A stretch of DNA of 64,000 bases, taken from assembly GCA_963922845.1 (NCBI GenBank), contig CAWUJV010000013.1:2463-66462 (forward strand). The letters run 5' to 3'. Source of the stretch: an uncultured Alteromonas sp. Its GTDB lineage: Bacteria; Pseudomonadota; Gammaproteobacteria; Enterobacterales; Alteromonadaceae. This document shows positions 49,333 through 58,955 of this stretch, in pieces; the first letter of the stretch is position 1; the number at the start of each line of letters is the position of its first letter. Both the position numbers and the translations under genes were made by a program. The notes beneath the pieces were generated by a model, which saw nothing but the letters and a program-made list of their open reading frames with translations, ran no database searches and was not told the DNA's origin.

Positions 49333-49363
49333 TTCGTCATTAAAATGCTACAGCAAGATAACG

Positions 49364-51976
49364 TCAGGCGACGCTCAACGTTGGAATAATCTTGGCTTTG
49401 GCTTCCTCTTCCGCCTGTTTAAATGACGGCATTTTGTCAAAGTTCAGATACTGGAATACCTCACTCGACATAGCGTCAATTTTGCTCGCATACTCCATGT
49501 ATTCCTCTGCCGTCGGAATGCGTCCCACTATCGCTCCAACCGCAGCGAGTTCTGCTGAGGTAAGGTAGACGTTCGCGCCGTCACCTAATCGATTGGGAAA
49601 GTTTCGAGTGGAGGTCGACAACACTGTTGTACCGGCCTCTACCCGTGCTTGGTTACCCATGCAAAGTGAGCAACCGGGCATCTCTGTGCGGACTCCGACT
49701 CGCCCGTAGATATTGTAATACCCCTCTTCCATCAACTGGGCTTTATCCATTTTAGTTGGAGGCGAGACCCAAAGGCGTGTTGGAATCGTTTTATTGTATT
49801 GTTCCAGTAATTTACCCGCTGCGCGAAAGTGACCGATATTTGTCATGCACGATCCGATGAACACTTCGTCAACATTATCGCCAGCGACATCGGACAACGT
49901 CTTCGCGTCATCGGGATCATTGGGACAACACACAATAGGCTCTTTGATATCGGCTAAGTCAATTTCGATGATTTCCTTGTACTGGGCATCATCATCCGCC
50001 ACCATTAACTCTGGATTGGCCAGCCACGCTTCCATCTTTTGTGCCCGGCGTTCAAGGGTGCGGGGATCACCGTAGCCTTCATTGATCATCCAGCGCAACA
50101 TAGTGATGTTAGAGCGCAGGTATTCTGATACTGACGCCTCTGACAATTTGATAGTACAACCGGCGGCAGAACGCTCTGCTGACGCATCTGATAGTTCAAA
50201 TGCCTGCTCTACGGTCAATGATTCCAAACCTTCGATTTCGAGAATACGGCCAGAAAATGCATTCACCTTGCCTTTTTTCTTGACAGTCAGTAACCCTTGT
50301 TTAATGGCATATAAAGGAATCGCGTGTACTAAATCGCGTAGCGTAATTCCCGGCTGCATTTCGCCTTTAAATCTCACCAAAATGGACTCTGGCATGTCTA
50401 ACGGCATGACTCCCGTTGCAGCGGCAAAAGCAACAAGTCCTGATCCCGCGGGAAACGAAATCCCCAAAGGGAAACGAGTGTGTGAGTCACCTCCTGTGCC
50501 TACAGTGTCAGGCAGCAACATTCGATTTAACCATGAATGGATGATGCCGTCGCCAGGTCGCAGGCTCACGCCACCGCGATTCATCATAAAATCAGGTAAC
50601 GTGTGTTGGGTTTCAATATCTACCGGCTTGGGATAGGCCGCCGTATGACAAAAAGACTGCATGGTGAGGTCTGCACTAAATCCGAGACAGGCTAAATCTT
50701 TAAGTTCATCGCGCGTCATCGGACCCGTTGTATCTTGAGAGCCGACAGTGGTCATTTTAGGCTCACAGTATGTGCCAGGACGAATCCCTTCCACACCACA
50801 CGCTTTACCGACCATTTTTTGGGCCAAAGTGAAACCTTTGCCCGTATCTTGCGGTTGCACAGGTTTTCGGAATAAATCCGATGGCGCCAAATCTAATGCT
50901 TCACGGGCGCGTTCAGTCAAACCTCGACCAATGATCAAGTTGATACGACCACCCGCTCGGACCTCATCCAATATCACATCAGATTTATAATCGTATTGGG
51001 CTAATACTTCCCCCGTTGCTGCTAGTGTTATCTTGCCTTCTAGCGGGTAGATATCGATTACATCACCCATATTCATTTTTTCGACATCGGCTTCAAACAC
51101 TAGGGCACCGGCGTCTTCCATCGTGTTAAAAAATATCGGTGCCACTTTCGACCCAATACAGACGCCACCACCGCGCTTGTTAGGTACACCTGGTAAATCC
51201 TCGCCAAAGAACCACAGTACGGAGTTCGTCGCTGATTTACGTGAGGACCCCGTTCCGACGACATCACCAACAAAGGCGACGGGGTAACCTTTAGATTTGA
51301 TCGCATCTATTTGATCAAGAGGTCCTGTGACGCCGTGCTCGCTGGGTGAGAGCCCATCGCGTGTCATTTTATACATGGCCTTAGCATGAAGAGGAATGTC
51401 GGGCCGTGACCAAGCATCAGGTGCCGGTGACAAATCATCCGTATTGGTTTCACCAGTCACCTTAAACACGCTATAAGTCATTTTTTCTTCTAGTTCTGGG
51501 CGAGACGTAAACCACTCCCCTTCAGCCCATGACTCCATCACATCCGCAGCAAAGGGATTACCTGCTTTGCGCTTTTCGTCAACATCGTGAAACGCGTCAA
51601 ACATCAATAGCGTATGCTTAAGCTCTTCTGCAGCGAGTTCTGCCAAGTCGGGATCTTCTAGCAACTTAACTAAGGTTTCTATGTTGTAGCCTCCGTGCAT
51701 ATTGCCCAATAGTTGCACCGCCGCGTCGCGGCTGATGAGCTCGCAGGTTTCCTGACCTTTTGCGATGGCACTTAAAAATCCAGCTTTGACATAGGCGGCT
51801 TCGTCCACACCCGGAGGTACTCTATCCGCTAACAAGTCCAACAAGAAAACCTCTTCTCCCGCTGGTGGGGCTTTGATCAACTCAATCAAACCCGCTACTT
51901 GCTCCGCAGTCAGTGGTTTTGGGGGAATTCCTTCAAGTGCACGCTCTTCAACGTGTTTGCGATACTCTTCTAGCAC
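49364..51976 (-). CDS. acnB: Aconitate hydratase B / 2-methylisocitrate dehydratase
   Basis: 870 aa with the N-terminus [22 protein letters not shown], characteristic of AcnB. Confidence 0.95.
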   Translation of the reverse strand: MLEEYRKHVEERALEGIPPKPLTAEQVAGLIELIKAPPAGEEVFLLDLLADRVPPGVDEAAYVKAGFLSAIAKGQETCELISRDAAVQLLGNMHGGYNIETLVKLLEDPDLAELAAEELKHTLLMFDAFHDVDEKRKAGNPFAADVMESWAEGEWFTSRPELEEKMTYSVFKVTGETNTDDLSPAPDAWSRPDIPLHAKAMYKMTRDGLSPSEHGVTGPLDQIDAIKSKGYPVAFVGDVVGTGSSRKSATNSVLWFFGEDLPGVPNKRGGGVCIGSKVAPIFFNTMEDAGALVFEADVEKMNMGDVIDIYPLEGKITLAATGEVLAQYDYKSDVILDEVRAGGRINLIIGRGLTERAREALDLAPSDLFRKPVQPQDTGKGFTLAQKMVGKACGVEGIRPGTYCEPKMTTVGSQDTTGPMTRDELKDLACLGFSADLTMQSFCHTAAYPKPVDIETQHTLPDFMMNRGGVSLRPGDGIIHSWLNRMLLPDTVGTGGDSHTRFPLGISFPAGSGLVAFAAATGVMPLDMPESILVRFKGEMQPGITLRDLVHAIPLYAIKQGLLTVKKKGKVNAFSGRILEIEGLESLTVEQAFELSDASAERSAAGCTIKLSEASVSEYLRSNITMLRWMINEGYGDPRTLERRAQKMEAWLANPELMVADDDAQYKEIIEIDLADIKEPIVCCPNDPDDAKTLSDVAGDNVDEVFIGSCMTNIGHFRAAGKLLEQYNKTIPTRLWVSPPTKMDKAQLMEEGYYNIYGRVGVRTEMPGCSLCMGNQARVEAGTTVLSTSTRNFPNRLGDGANVYLTSAELAAVGAIVGRIPTAEEYMEYASKIDAMSSEVFQYLNFDKMPSFKQAEEEAKAKIIPTLSVA

Positions 51977-52327
51977 GATAATTTCCTCTTGTATTGACTT
52001 GGGTACTGCGTTGATGTCAGCAGTAATCGCTTCAATTAGAACGGCTAAATTATAGCCTTTAGTCTAACAATTTTGAATGAACCACCCATGACTTGAGGCC
52101 AATACCCAACATTTACAAAACCTATCAAAGTCACATAATCTTTTTTAAAAAACCGATTAATTCGCGGTTAAAACCTGCCACAGGCAACCTACTCACCCGC
52201 ATAAGCTATTGATCGACTCGCGGCGCACTTACGCCTTTGGGCGCAGCCATCTAGCTCGAATCCTCTCATTGAGCGACTATTTGTCTAAGCGAATTAGCAT
52301 TAAATGCATCATTCAACATGATTTATA

Positions 52328-52343
52328 TAGGACTATAGTCCTA
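52328..52343. promoter_or_regulatory. 16-bp perfect palindrome (candidate operator) next to a consensus -10
   Basis: TAGGACTATAGTCCTA. TATAAT lies at 52357-52362, so the palindrome covers the expected -35 position, ~90 bp upstream of the acyl-CoA ligase ATG. Confidence 0.5.
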
Positions 52344-52431
52344 GTTAATGCGCCATTATAATGTAATCAAAATGTTAATCCTTTTGATTGTCTGCTAACG
52401 TATTGATTCAAAATCTAATGAGGGATTCGGA

Positions 52432-54009
52432 ATGCACGACTTAGTTTTGCCACCAACGGCTACATCTCTACCTGACTACATAGAATCTTGCTTAATAAAA
52501 TACGCCGACAAACCTGCATACACGGCACTAGGTCAAACCTACTCGTTTGAGCAAATCGACCATGCATCTGCGTCTCTCGCGTCGTATTTCGCCGGAGAGT
52601 TAGGTCTGCAGCCCGGTGACCGAATCGCCATTCAACTTCCCAATTTGATTCAAAATCCCATTGCGGTTTACGCCGCCTTGCGCGCAGGGCTTGTCGTCGT
52701 CAATACCAACCCGCTCTATACCGAAAGAGAAATGCACCACCAATTCAATGACAGCGGAGCAGTTGCACTTGTTATCCTAGCTGACCTGTTGCCAAAGTAT
52801 GACGCGATTAAAGCAGATACACCGGTCAAGCATGTGATCGTCACCAGCGCGACTGAACTGTTGGACGCGGGAACAGCTCCCAAAATAGACAATACTATCG
52901 CTCTATCTTCTGCTATTTATGCTGGCGAAACCTTGCCCAAAGTAGTGAGGGAGTCGATTGATTTAGACACCTTGTGCATGTTGCAATATACCGGTGGGAC
53001 TACGGGTGTTTCCAAAGGCGCCGCGCTGAGTCATCGCAATGTGCTCAGTAACAGCACGCAGATGTTCGACAGACTGGGGAAAGGCTTCAAAGAAGGCGAA
53101 GAGCTTGTTGTCTGCCCATTACCGCTTTATCACATCTATGCGTTTACTGTTTGTATGATGACCTTTTTCGCAAAAGGTTGCCAGACCTTGCTGATCCCCA
53201 ATCCAAGAGATATCGATAGTTTTGTTCAAACCCTCAAAGCGCATTCAATGACAACGTTTGCGGGTATCAATACCTTGTTTGTCGGACTGGGTCAGCACCC
53301 AGAATTCAAGGCCGTCGATTTTAGTCGCTTACATTTAACGATTTCAGGCGGCACTGCCTTAACCAAGGGCGCAGCAACGCTTTGGGAAGAGGTGACCGGT
53401 TGCACCATTACCGAGGGCTACGGCTTGTCTGAAACCGCGCCAGTATTAACATTTAACACACCAGGCGAGGAGGAGTTTGGCTCCGTTGGTCTTCCGCTTT
53501 TGGCCACAGAAATCGCACTTTTAGATGACAATGACCAACCCATAACCGATAAGCAGCCAGGCCAAATAGCGGCAAGGGGTCCGCAAGTAATGCTCGGATA
53601 CTGGAACAGAGATGACGAAACCGCCAAGGTTATGACCGATGACGGGTTCTTCAAAACGGGAGACGTAGGCGTATTTCTAGAAAGTGGGGCAGTAAAAATC
53701 GTTGACCGCATTAAAGACATGGTAATTGTCTCAGGTTTCAATGTATATCCCAACGAAGTTGAGGACATCTTGGCGTCTCATCCACAAGTGCTAGAGGCCG
53801 CCGTGATAGGAAAACCTGACGACAAAACCGGTGAGCGAGTATGCGCCTACGTTACGGTGTCAGATGAGTTAGACGAAGCCAGTTTAAAAGCCCATTGCCA
53901 AGCAAGTCTTACGGCGTACAAAGTACCTAAAGAATTTAATGTTATCGATGAGTTACCCAAGTCAGCCGTAGGCAAAATTCTGCGCAGGAAATTAAGAGAT
54001 AACAATTAA
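52432..54009 (+). CDS. AMP-dependent acyl-CoA synthetase (long-chain fatty-acid-CoA ligase-like)
   Basis: AMP-binding motif YTGGTTGVSKGA, GYGLSET, and a C-terminal ...PKSAVGKILRRKL. Confidence 0.85.
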   Translation: MHDLVLPPTATSLPDYIESCLIKYADKPAYTALGQTYSFEQIDHASASLASYFAGELGLQPGDRIAIQLPNLIQNPIAVYAALRAGLVVVNTNPLYTEREMHHQFNDSGAVALVILADLLPKYDAIKADTPVKHVIVTSATELLDAGTAPKIDNTIALSSAIYAGETLPKVVRESIDLDTLCMLQYTGGTTGVSKGAALSHRNVLSNSTQMFDRLGKGFKEGEELVVCPLPLYHIYAFTVCMMTFFAKGCQTLLIPNPRDIDSFVQTLKAHSMTTFAGINTLFVGLGQHPEFKAVDFSRLHLTISGGTALTKGAATLWEEVTGCTITEGYGLSETAPVLTFNTPGEEEFGSVGLPLLATEIALLDDNDQPITDKQPGQIAARGPQVMLGYWNRDDETAKVMTDDGFFKTGDVGVFLESGAVKIVDRIKDMVIVSGFNVYPNEVEDILASHPQVLEAAVIGKPDDKTGERVCAYVTVSDELDEASLKAHCQASLTAYKVPKEFNVIDELPKSAVGKILRRKLRDNN

Positions 54010-54135
54010 TTCACAACGCACTTTTAATAAACAGGTTACCTTTTGTAACTTCAATAGAAATAAACGAACGTCGTAATCGTTTATTTGAATTTTTGAATAT
54101 CATATTCCTCCCCCACTTAGGTGGCAGGAGGATTT

Positions 54136-54663
54136 ATGATGAATCGATTAATTACATTTCTAGCGTTATTCACGCTCTCGACTGCCGCCCTTGCTGGGCA
54201 ATCTGGTTATGCTGTTGATTACCTTCGCGGAGAAGGTTCGGTCAATGGCATAAAACTCGCCTATCAATATCACTTAGGCAACCCACTGAACAATGATTGG
54301 CCTATCGAAGTCACACTTGAGTCCAGTGTGAACTTTTGGGAGTACGGCGATCCAAACGAATACGATACAAATTTTGTGCTAGCCGTATCGCCCATCGTTA
54401 GATTGCCACTCACACAATGGGGCAACTATCCCATCGAAGGTGAATTTGGTATAGGCGTGGCCCTTTTGGACGATACAAAGTTTGCGGGGAAAGACGTTTC
54501 AACGCACTATCAATTTGAAGACCGTCTTGGGATTGGCACGTATTGGGGTAAGAACAAAGAATACCGTTTGTCTTTGCGCTACATTCACTATTCGAATGCG
54601 GGATTTAAAAAGCCTAACCCTGGTTTAGACTTTATTTCCCTGTCGTTTAGTCAGCGTTTATAG
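54136..54663 (+). CDS. Acyloxyacyl hydrolase / lipid A deacylase PagL-like outer-membrane protein
   Basis: Signal peptide MNRLITFLALFTLSTAALA, beta-barrel-like alternation and an HYSNAG motif near the C-terminus. Confidence 0.7.
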   Translation: MMNRLITFLALFTLSTAALAGQSGYAVDYLRGEGSVNGIKLAYQYHLGNPLNNDWPIEVTLESSVNFWEYGDPNEYDTNFVLAVSPIVRLPLTQWGNYPIEGEFGIGVALLDDTKFAGKDVSTHYQFEDRLGIGTYWGKNKEYRLSLRYIHYSNAGFKKPNPGLDFISLSFSQRL

Positions 54664-54703
54664 GCAATGCCGCATCGAGTGGCTATGGCGTTATACGCGA
54701 GTC

Positions 54704-54725
54704 CAAAGGGCGCATCAAGCGCCCT
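54704..54725 (-). terminator. Stem-loop between convergent genes
   Basis: AGGGCGC-ATCAA-GCGCCCT, with a short TTT on the minus strand. Confidence 0.5.
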
Positions 54726-54743
54726 GGGATAACGTGATGAGCC

Positions 54744-55907
54744 CTAACGATTATCGATTGTAAAACTTGCCTCATGACCTACTACGCGAACAGGTTCACC
54801 GTCTTCCAGTTTTGGTGAATACCGCCATGAGTGCAATGAATCAACAATAGATTTGGTAAACGCTACACTGCCCATTGAGCGGTCTGATACTTGAACGTTT
54901 TCAATGAACCCTCTTTCATTAATATCGAAATTAACGAAAACGTGTGCATATTTTGGGCTAATTCCCGGGGATGATAACGCACTCGACGCAGTTAAGCCGT
55001 CTGTAGACACTTGAATCGTTCTCAAATTTTCACCCAAACGATGACGATTGCCATACAGCAATTGTGGAGCCTTACCTGAATCTAGTAACTTAGCAATCTC
55101 AACAACCATACTATCAGCTTGTTTGTGGCGTCCCAACTTATCCAGTGATTTCACCAAGCGAGAACGTGCCGCAAGTGACATTTCACTCAACTTTTGTTCG
55201 TCATTGTCTAGCGCTTGTACGACAAAACTGAATTTCTCGGCCGCCTGTTCATGACGTTTTTTGTCCTGAAGCAGTTTAGCGTTGGTAAAGATAGCCTCAA
55301 CAGTACGACTGTCTTGTTTACCAAACTGGTCAATTAAAGCGGTTTCCGCGTTGCGCGTTATTTTCAATACCTCGTTGAGCTCCATTGGAATCGGACCGGC
55401 TGTATTGAAATTATGCATTAACACATAGTGCTGCTCAGCCGCATAAGCGGTATCCTGCTGTGCAATTTTTCGTAAATCAGCTGCTAGATTTAGGGCAGCA
55501 TTTCTCTGATGCTTAACTTTGTGTGGATCGACGGAATCAGACACAAACTGCGTGATACGATATAGCGACTGGTTTGCTGCAATACGCAGTTTAATCATAT
55601 CGTCTTGCTGTGTTGACACTGTAACGACGTCTTTTAGCAGCGGCCATGCACTATTGATATCACCGTTATCAATCAGCGTGTCAGACAATGCTAACTTAAT
55701 TTGTTGGACCGAAAAGGCATTGTCACCGTGCTGCTTGATGGCTCTATTGAGAGACACTCGCATGGATTGCGCTGTGTGGTCCTGAAGCTGTTTTGATTCT
55801 TCGATAGCAAGGTGAGTTTGGCCGGCGTTTGTATTGGCCTGCACACTACCTAAAATGGCAACAGAAATTACACAAGAGAGGGCTCTGCGGAAAAACTTGG
55901 CTTTCAT
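54744..55907 (-). CDS. Secreted helical-repeat protein with a TonB C-terminal-like domain
   Basis: Signal peptide MKAKFFRRALSCVISVAILGSVQA. The C-terminus VFVNFDINERGFIENVQVSD...SWRYSPKLEDGEPV fits the TonB_C pattern. It has no N-terminal TM anchor or Pro-rich spacer. Confidence 0.65.
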   Translation of the reverse strand: MKAKFFRRALSCVISVAILGSVQANTNAGQTHLAIEESKQLQDHTAQSMRVSLNRAIKQHGDNAFSVQQIKLALSDTLIDNGDINSAWPLLKDVVTVSTQQDDMIKLRIAANQSLYRITQFVSDSVDPHKVKHQRNAALNLAADLRKIAQQDTAYAAEQHYVLMHNFNTAGPIPMELNEVLKITRNAETALIDQFGKQDSRTVEAIFTNAKLLQDKKRHEQAAEKFSFVVQALDNDEQKLSEMSLAARSRLVKSLDKLGRHKQADSMVVEIAKLLDSGKAPQLLYGNRHRLGENLRTIQVSTDGLTASSALSSPGISPKYAHVFVNFDINERGFIENVQVSDRSMGSVAFTKSIVDSLHSWRYSPKLEDGEPVRVVGHEASFTIDNR

Positions 55908-56009
55908 AACATCATTCCTTCGTTGTTATTAACTTGTTCAAATATAAAGCTAATCCAAGCTGATGATAAGGTCAAGGAAAGTCAAAAAACACAGGTAACC
56001 GTCGCACAT

Positions 56010-56034
56010 AAAAAAAGGCGCAACTTATTGCGCC
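56010..56034 (-). terminator. Orphan rho-independent terminator (no annotated gene upstream)
   Basis: Minus strand reads GGCGCAA-TAAG-TTGCGCC-TTTTTTT. Confidence 0.8.
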
Positions 56035-56532
56035 TTGGAAAGACCTTGGACAAACAACACAACAAGGCTTACACACAGAGAAACATCGCGAAAATAGTAC
56101 AACTGAGTAAATTGCATGGTGCTTTTACTGAGTACTACGCGAGAGGATTCACACCCTCCACTTCATAATATACTACTTTAGTATAAGTTCTAGTGTTATT
56201 TTTATACTATCTCGCGTGAATAAATGTACGCTCACCGTGAGTATTCGAGCGAGATGACAAGGCACACTCCTGTACCTTAGAGACCCAAATGAAAGTAACA
56301 GCTGAGCCATTCGCCACCTCAAAGGCCAACCCAGAGTCAGCTCGTTGAGACCTTTAATTCTTCTTACAGCTGATACAAAGCAATGTGTAACAATGCCAAG
56401 CTGGTCGTTGATATCAAGTCCTTTAGACTCAAGATTAATCCTATATCTATGCGATTGGTTTCATAAGCAAACGCGTATACTCGCGCTTTTTAATCAAAAC
56501 CTAACATCTCCACGTTCACCGTTAAATAAGAC

Positions 56533-56562
56533 AAAAAAAACCAGCCTCTAGGACTGGTTTTT
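56533..56562. terminator. Bidirectional terminator after the TPR (TtpD-like) gene
   Basis: A8-CCAGCCT-CTA-GGACTGG-T5, a stem with one bulge. Confidence 0.7.
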
Positions 56563-56579
56563 CGTATTAGCAAATTAAG

Positions 56580-57917
56580 CTATGAAGATAAGTCCGCCGC
56601 AATTCGCTCAGCGGCTTGCTTTTCCCCATTGACAAATTGAAGCCATTGTTTAGCCATACCTCGGCTACTTGAATGTTTCTCTGCTTCTGCCAACTGGTTT
56701 AGCGCTAACGCGTACTCTTTCTTATTGAAGTGAGCCATTCCCATCACTAGGTAAACCGTACCAGGATTTCTCAAATCACCTTTTTCAACGGCACGTTGTG
56801 CAGCAGCAATCGCGTCATCCCAACGTTCCATGTTTAAAAGAATCTGGGCGACCTGCGCATCCAGTTCACCGTCATCAGCCAACTCAGCAGCAGCCATCAG
56901 TGCCGGCACAGCTTTGTCGTTTTCTTTCGCTAACGTCCAGCTTTGCCCTAAGAACTTAAGGTTTCGCAAATTTTTCTCAAGTGTGCCTTCGTCAATCGCT
57001 TGTTCCATCAACAATGCCCCTTTGTAGGGTACGCGATGGTAGTAATAGAGCTGCGCGAGATTGAATACGTCAGCACCTTTCTCAACATAGCCTTGCTGAT
57101 AAGCCGCTTCCATAATGGCCAATTGCTTTTTCTCTTCGCCGAGCTCGCCATACATTCCCGCGAGCTGAATCCAATATTTAGGCTCGTCGTACAACTTGAT
57201 CATTTTAATCAACACATCTTTCACTTTACGTGGCTGCTTTAGCTCATAAAAGATAGCGCGTTGAAGAATCAACCAACCTTCGTCAGGTAGCATGCCTTCC
57301 GCTTCTTGGTTTTCGATAGCCTGAGTGATAAAGGTTTCAGCTTCAGCATATTGCTTGTTCTGATAATACGCCTGTGCTTTGATCACCCAATTTTTTGGCG
57401 GTATTTTACCTGTATTGAGTGATTCCCAGCGATTGAGGTATTCGATACTTTCAGCGAAACGGCCTTGCATCAAGTTCAATTGTGCCAAACTGAACAAGGT
57501 GCTTAACTCAAAGGACTCGGGAATGGGTTGCTGCTCAACGACCAACGCAAACGAATCCATCGCTTTATCGTATTGCTCGTCGTTGTAATAGATAAATCCA
57601 TAGAAGTTATACATCATCGCAAGTTCGTAACTGTTCATCGAACCTGATTTATCTTTTACTTCGTCGAGAATGTCGATAGCGCCTGGGATATTGTCAGCAT
57701 CGGCTTGTGCTTGAGCACGTGCCAGTTGTTCGTATACCTTTGAACGCAACGCTGGTGTGCGGCGGGTCTTTTTCTCACTGGCTTTTTGTTCCTGCGCCTG
57801 CACATCCAATGCAATGATCGAAGTCATCACTGATAATGATACAGTCGCAGTAGAAAGAGAAAGCGCAGCGAAGAGATATTTAGAAATCAATGTCTTTTTC
57901 ATTGGCTTACCCATCAA
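56580..57917 (-). CDS. ttpD: TPR-repeat protein, TtpD-like last gene of a TonB2-type cluster
   Basis: Signal peptide plus TPR repeats. It overlaps the tonB stop, and its position matches Vibrio ttpD. The start could instead be MKKTL at 57902. Confidence 0.7.
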   Translation of the reverse strand: MMGKPMKKTLISKYLFAALSLSTATVSLSVMTSIIALDVQAQEQKASEKKTRRTPALRSKVYEQLARAQAQADADNIPGAIDILDEVKDKSGSMNSYELAMMYNFYGFIYYNDEQYDKAMDSFALVVEQQPIPESFELSTLFSLAQLNLMQGRFAESIEYLNRWESLNTGKIPPKNWVIKAQAYYQNKQYAEAETFITQAIENQEAEGMLPDEGWLILQRAIFYELKQPRKVKDVLIKMIKLYDEPKYWIQLAGMYGELGEEKKQLAIMEAAYQQGYVEKGADVFNLAQLYYYHRVPYKGALLMEQAIDEGTLEKNLRNLKFLGQSWTLAKENDKAVPALMAAAELADDGELDAQVAQILLNMERWDDAIAAAQRAVEKGDLRNPGTVYLVMGMAHFNKKEYALALNQLAEAEKHSSSRGMAKQWLQFVNGEKQAAERIAADLSS

Positions 57918-58515
57918 TTTGGAACGTCAAACGGTTTTGCACGCCAGATACTTCTGTCGCTTCACCATTTGCCACGCGAGGTTTGTACTTGAACTTAAGT
58001 GCTGCGTCTTTTGCCGCTTGTTCAAATATTCCTGCTGGCTCTGCTTCAATCACGATTGGATCGCGAACCGAACCTTGCTTTGTAACCGTAAACTCAAGGA
58101 TAACGTACCCTTCGATGCCGCGTTGCAGAGCGCGACGTGGATACACTGGCGCCACTTTTACAATGGGCAGGTACTCACCGTCACCGGATTCTAATGCCAA
58201 TCCACCATCTAACGAAATATCGTCGCCGACATCGGCAGCAAAGTCTAAGCCACTGCCTTCGGCATTTGGCGTAGGCGAGTCCATCTGCGGCTGATTCATC
58301 TGCGGCGGTGGCTCTTTGGGCTTAGGTGGCTTACGTGGCTTGCGGTCCTTTTTCTGAACTTGCTCTTCAGGCTTAACGCGTACGAAGTCTAATACGCTGC
58401 CTTTTGGCGGTTCAGTCAAAGCGCTGCCACTCATTTGTATCAGAGACTGCATCAGGAAGAATAACCCCAATGTAATCCCTGCTGACAACAACAATGCGAT
58501 TAGAAATCGTACCAT
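57907..58515 (-). CDS. tonB: Energy transducer TonB
   Basis: N-terminal TM anchor, Lys/Pro-rich spacer (KPRKPPKPKEPPPQ) and TonB_C (PVYPRRALQRGIEGYVILEFTV...). Confidence 0.9.
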   Translation of the reverse strand: MVRFLIALLLSAGITLGLFFLMQSLIQMSGSALTEPPKGSVLDFVRVKPEEQVQKKDRKPRKPPKPKEPPPQMNQPQMDSPTPNAEGSGLDFAADVGDDISLDGGLALESGDGEYLPIVKVAPVYPRRALQRGIEGYVILEFTVTKQGSVRDPIVIEAEPAGIFEQAAKDAALKFKYKPRVANGEATEVSGVQNRLTFQIDG

Positions 58516-58517
58516 AA

Positions 58518-58925
58518 TTAAGGCTCTTGAGCTGCGATTGAAACGTCAAATACGCCTGCTGCACGTGATGCATCCATCACTTTGATCAGGGTCTCTGTTG
58601 TCGCTTTCTTGTCGGCTTGGATTACCACAGAACCTTGTGGGTTCTCAGCATGTAAACGCTCGATATTGGCCTGAACTGCGCGTTCATCAACACGGCGTTT
58701 GTTAATCCAAATCTCACCCTTATCAGAAATAGCAATAAGAATGTTAGCTCGATCTTTTTTGACTGCTGTCGCCGCTTCTGGACGGTTTACATCGATACCT
58801 GCCTCTTTGACGAAAGACGCGGTTACGATGAAGAATATCAACATGATAAATACAACGTCCAACATGGGCGTCATATCGATATTCGCTTCTTCCTCATCAA
58901 CGAGGTTTTGAAAATGCTGCTTCAT
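58518..58925 (-). CDS. exbD: Biopolymer transport protein ExbD/TolR
   Basis: IDMTPMLDVVFIMLIFFIV, 135 aa. Confidence 0.9.
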   Translation of the reverse strand: MKQHFQNLVDEEEANIDMTPMLDVVFIMLIFFIVTASFVKEAGIDVNRPEAATAVKKDRANILIAISDKGEIWINKRRVDERAVQANIERLHAENPQGSVVIQADKKATTETLIKVMDASRAAGVFDVSIAAQEP

Positions 58926-58955
58926 AATGCTTACCTTACCTTAATGCCCAGGGCA

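Noticed and set aside
50082-50636. 184-aa plus-strand ORF
   Set aside because: It is antisense to acnB and is a shadow ORF.
55923-56551. Two plus-strand ORFs (81 aa at 55923-56168 and 68 aa at 56345-56551) in the large spacer
   Set aside because: The first uses a non-ATG start and reads straight through the orphan terminator hairpin. The second has no RBS. Both are Lys/Thr/Ser-rich and low in complexity, so the region is treated as non-coding and discussed under findings.
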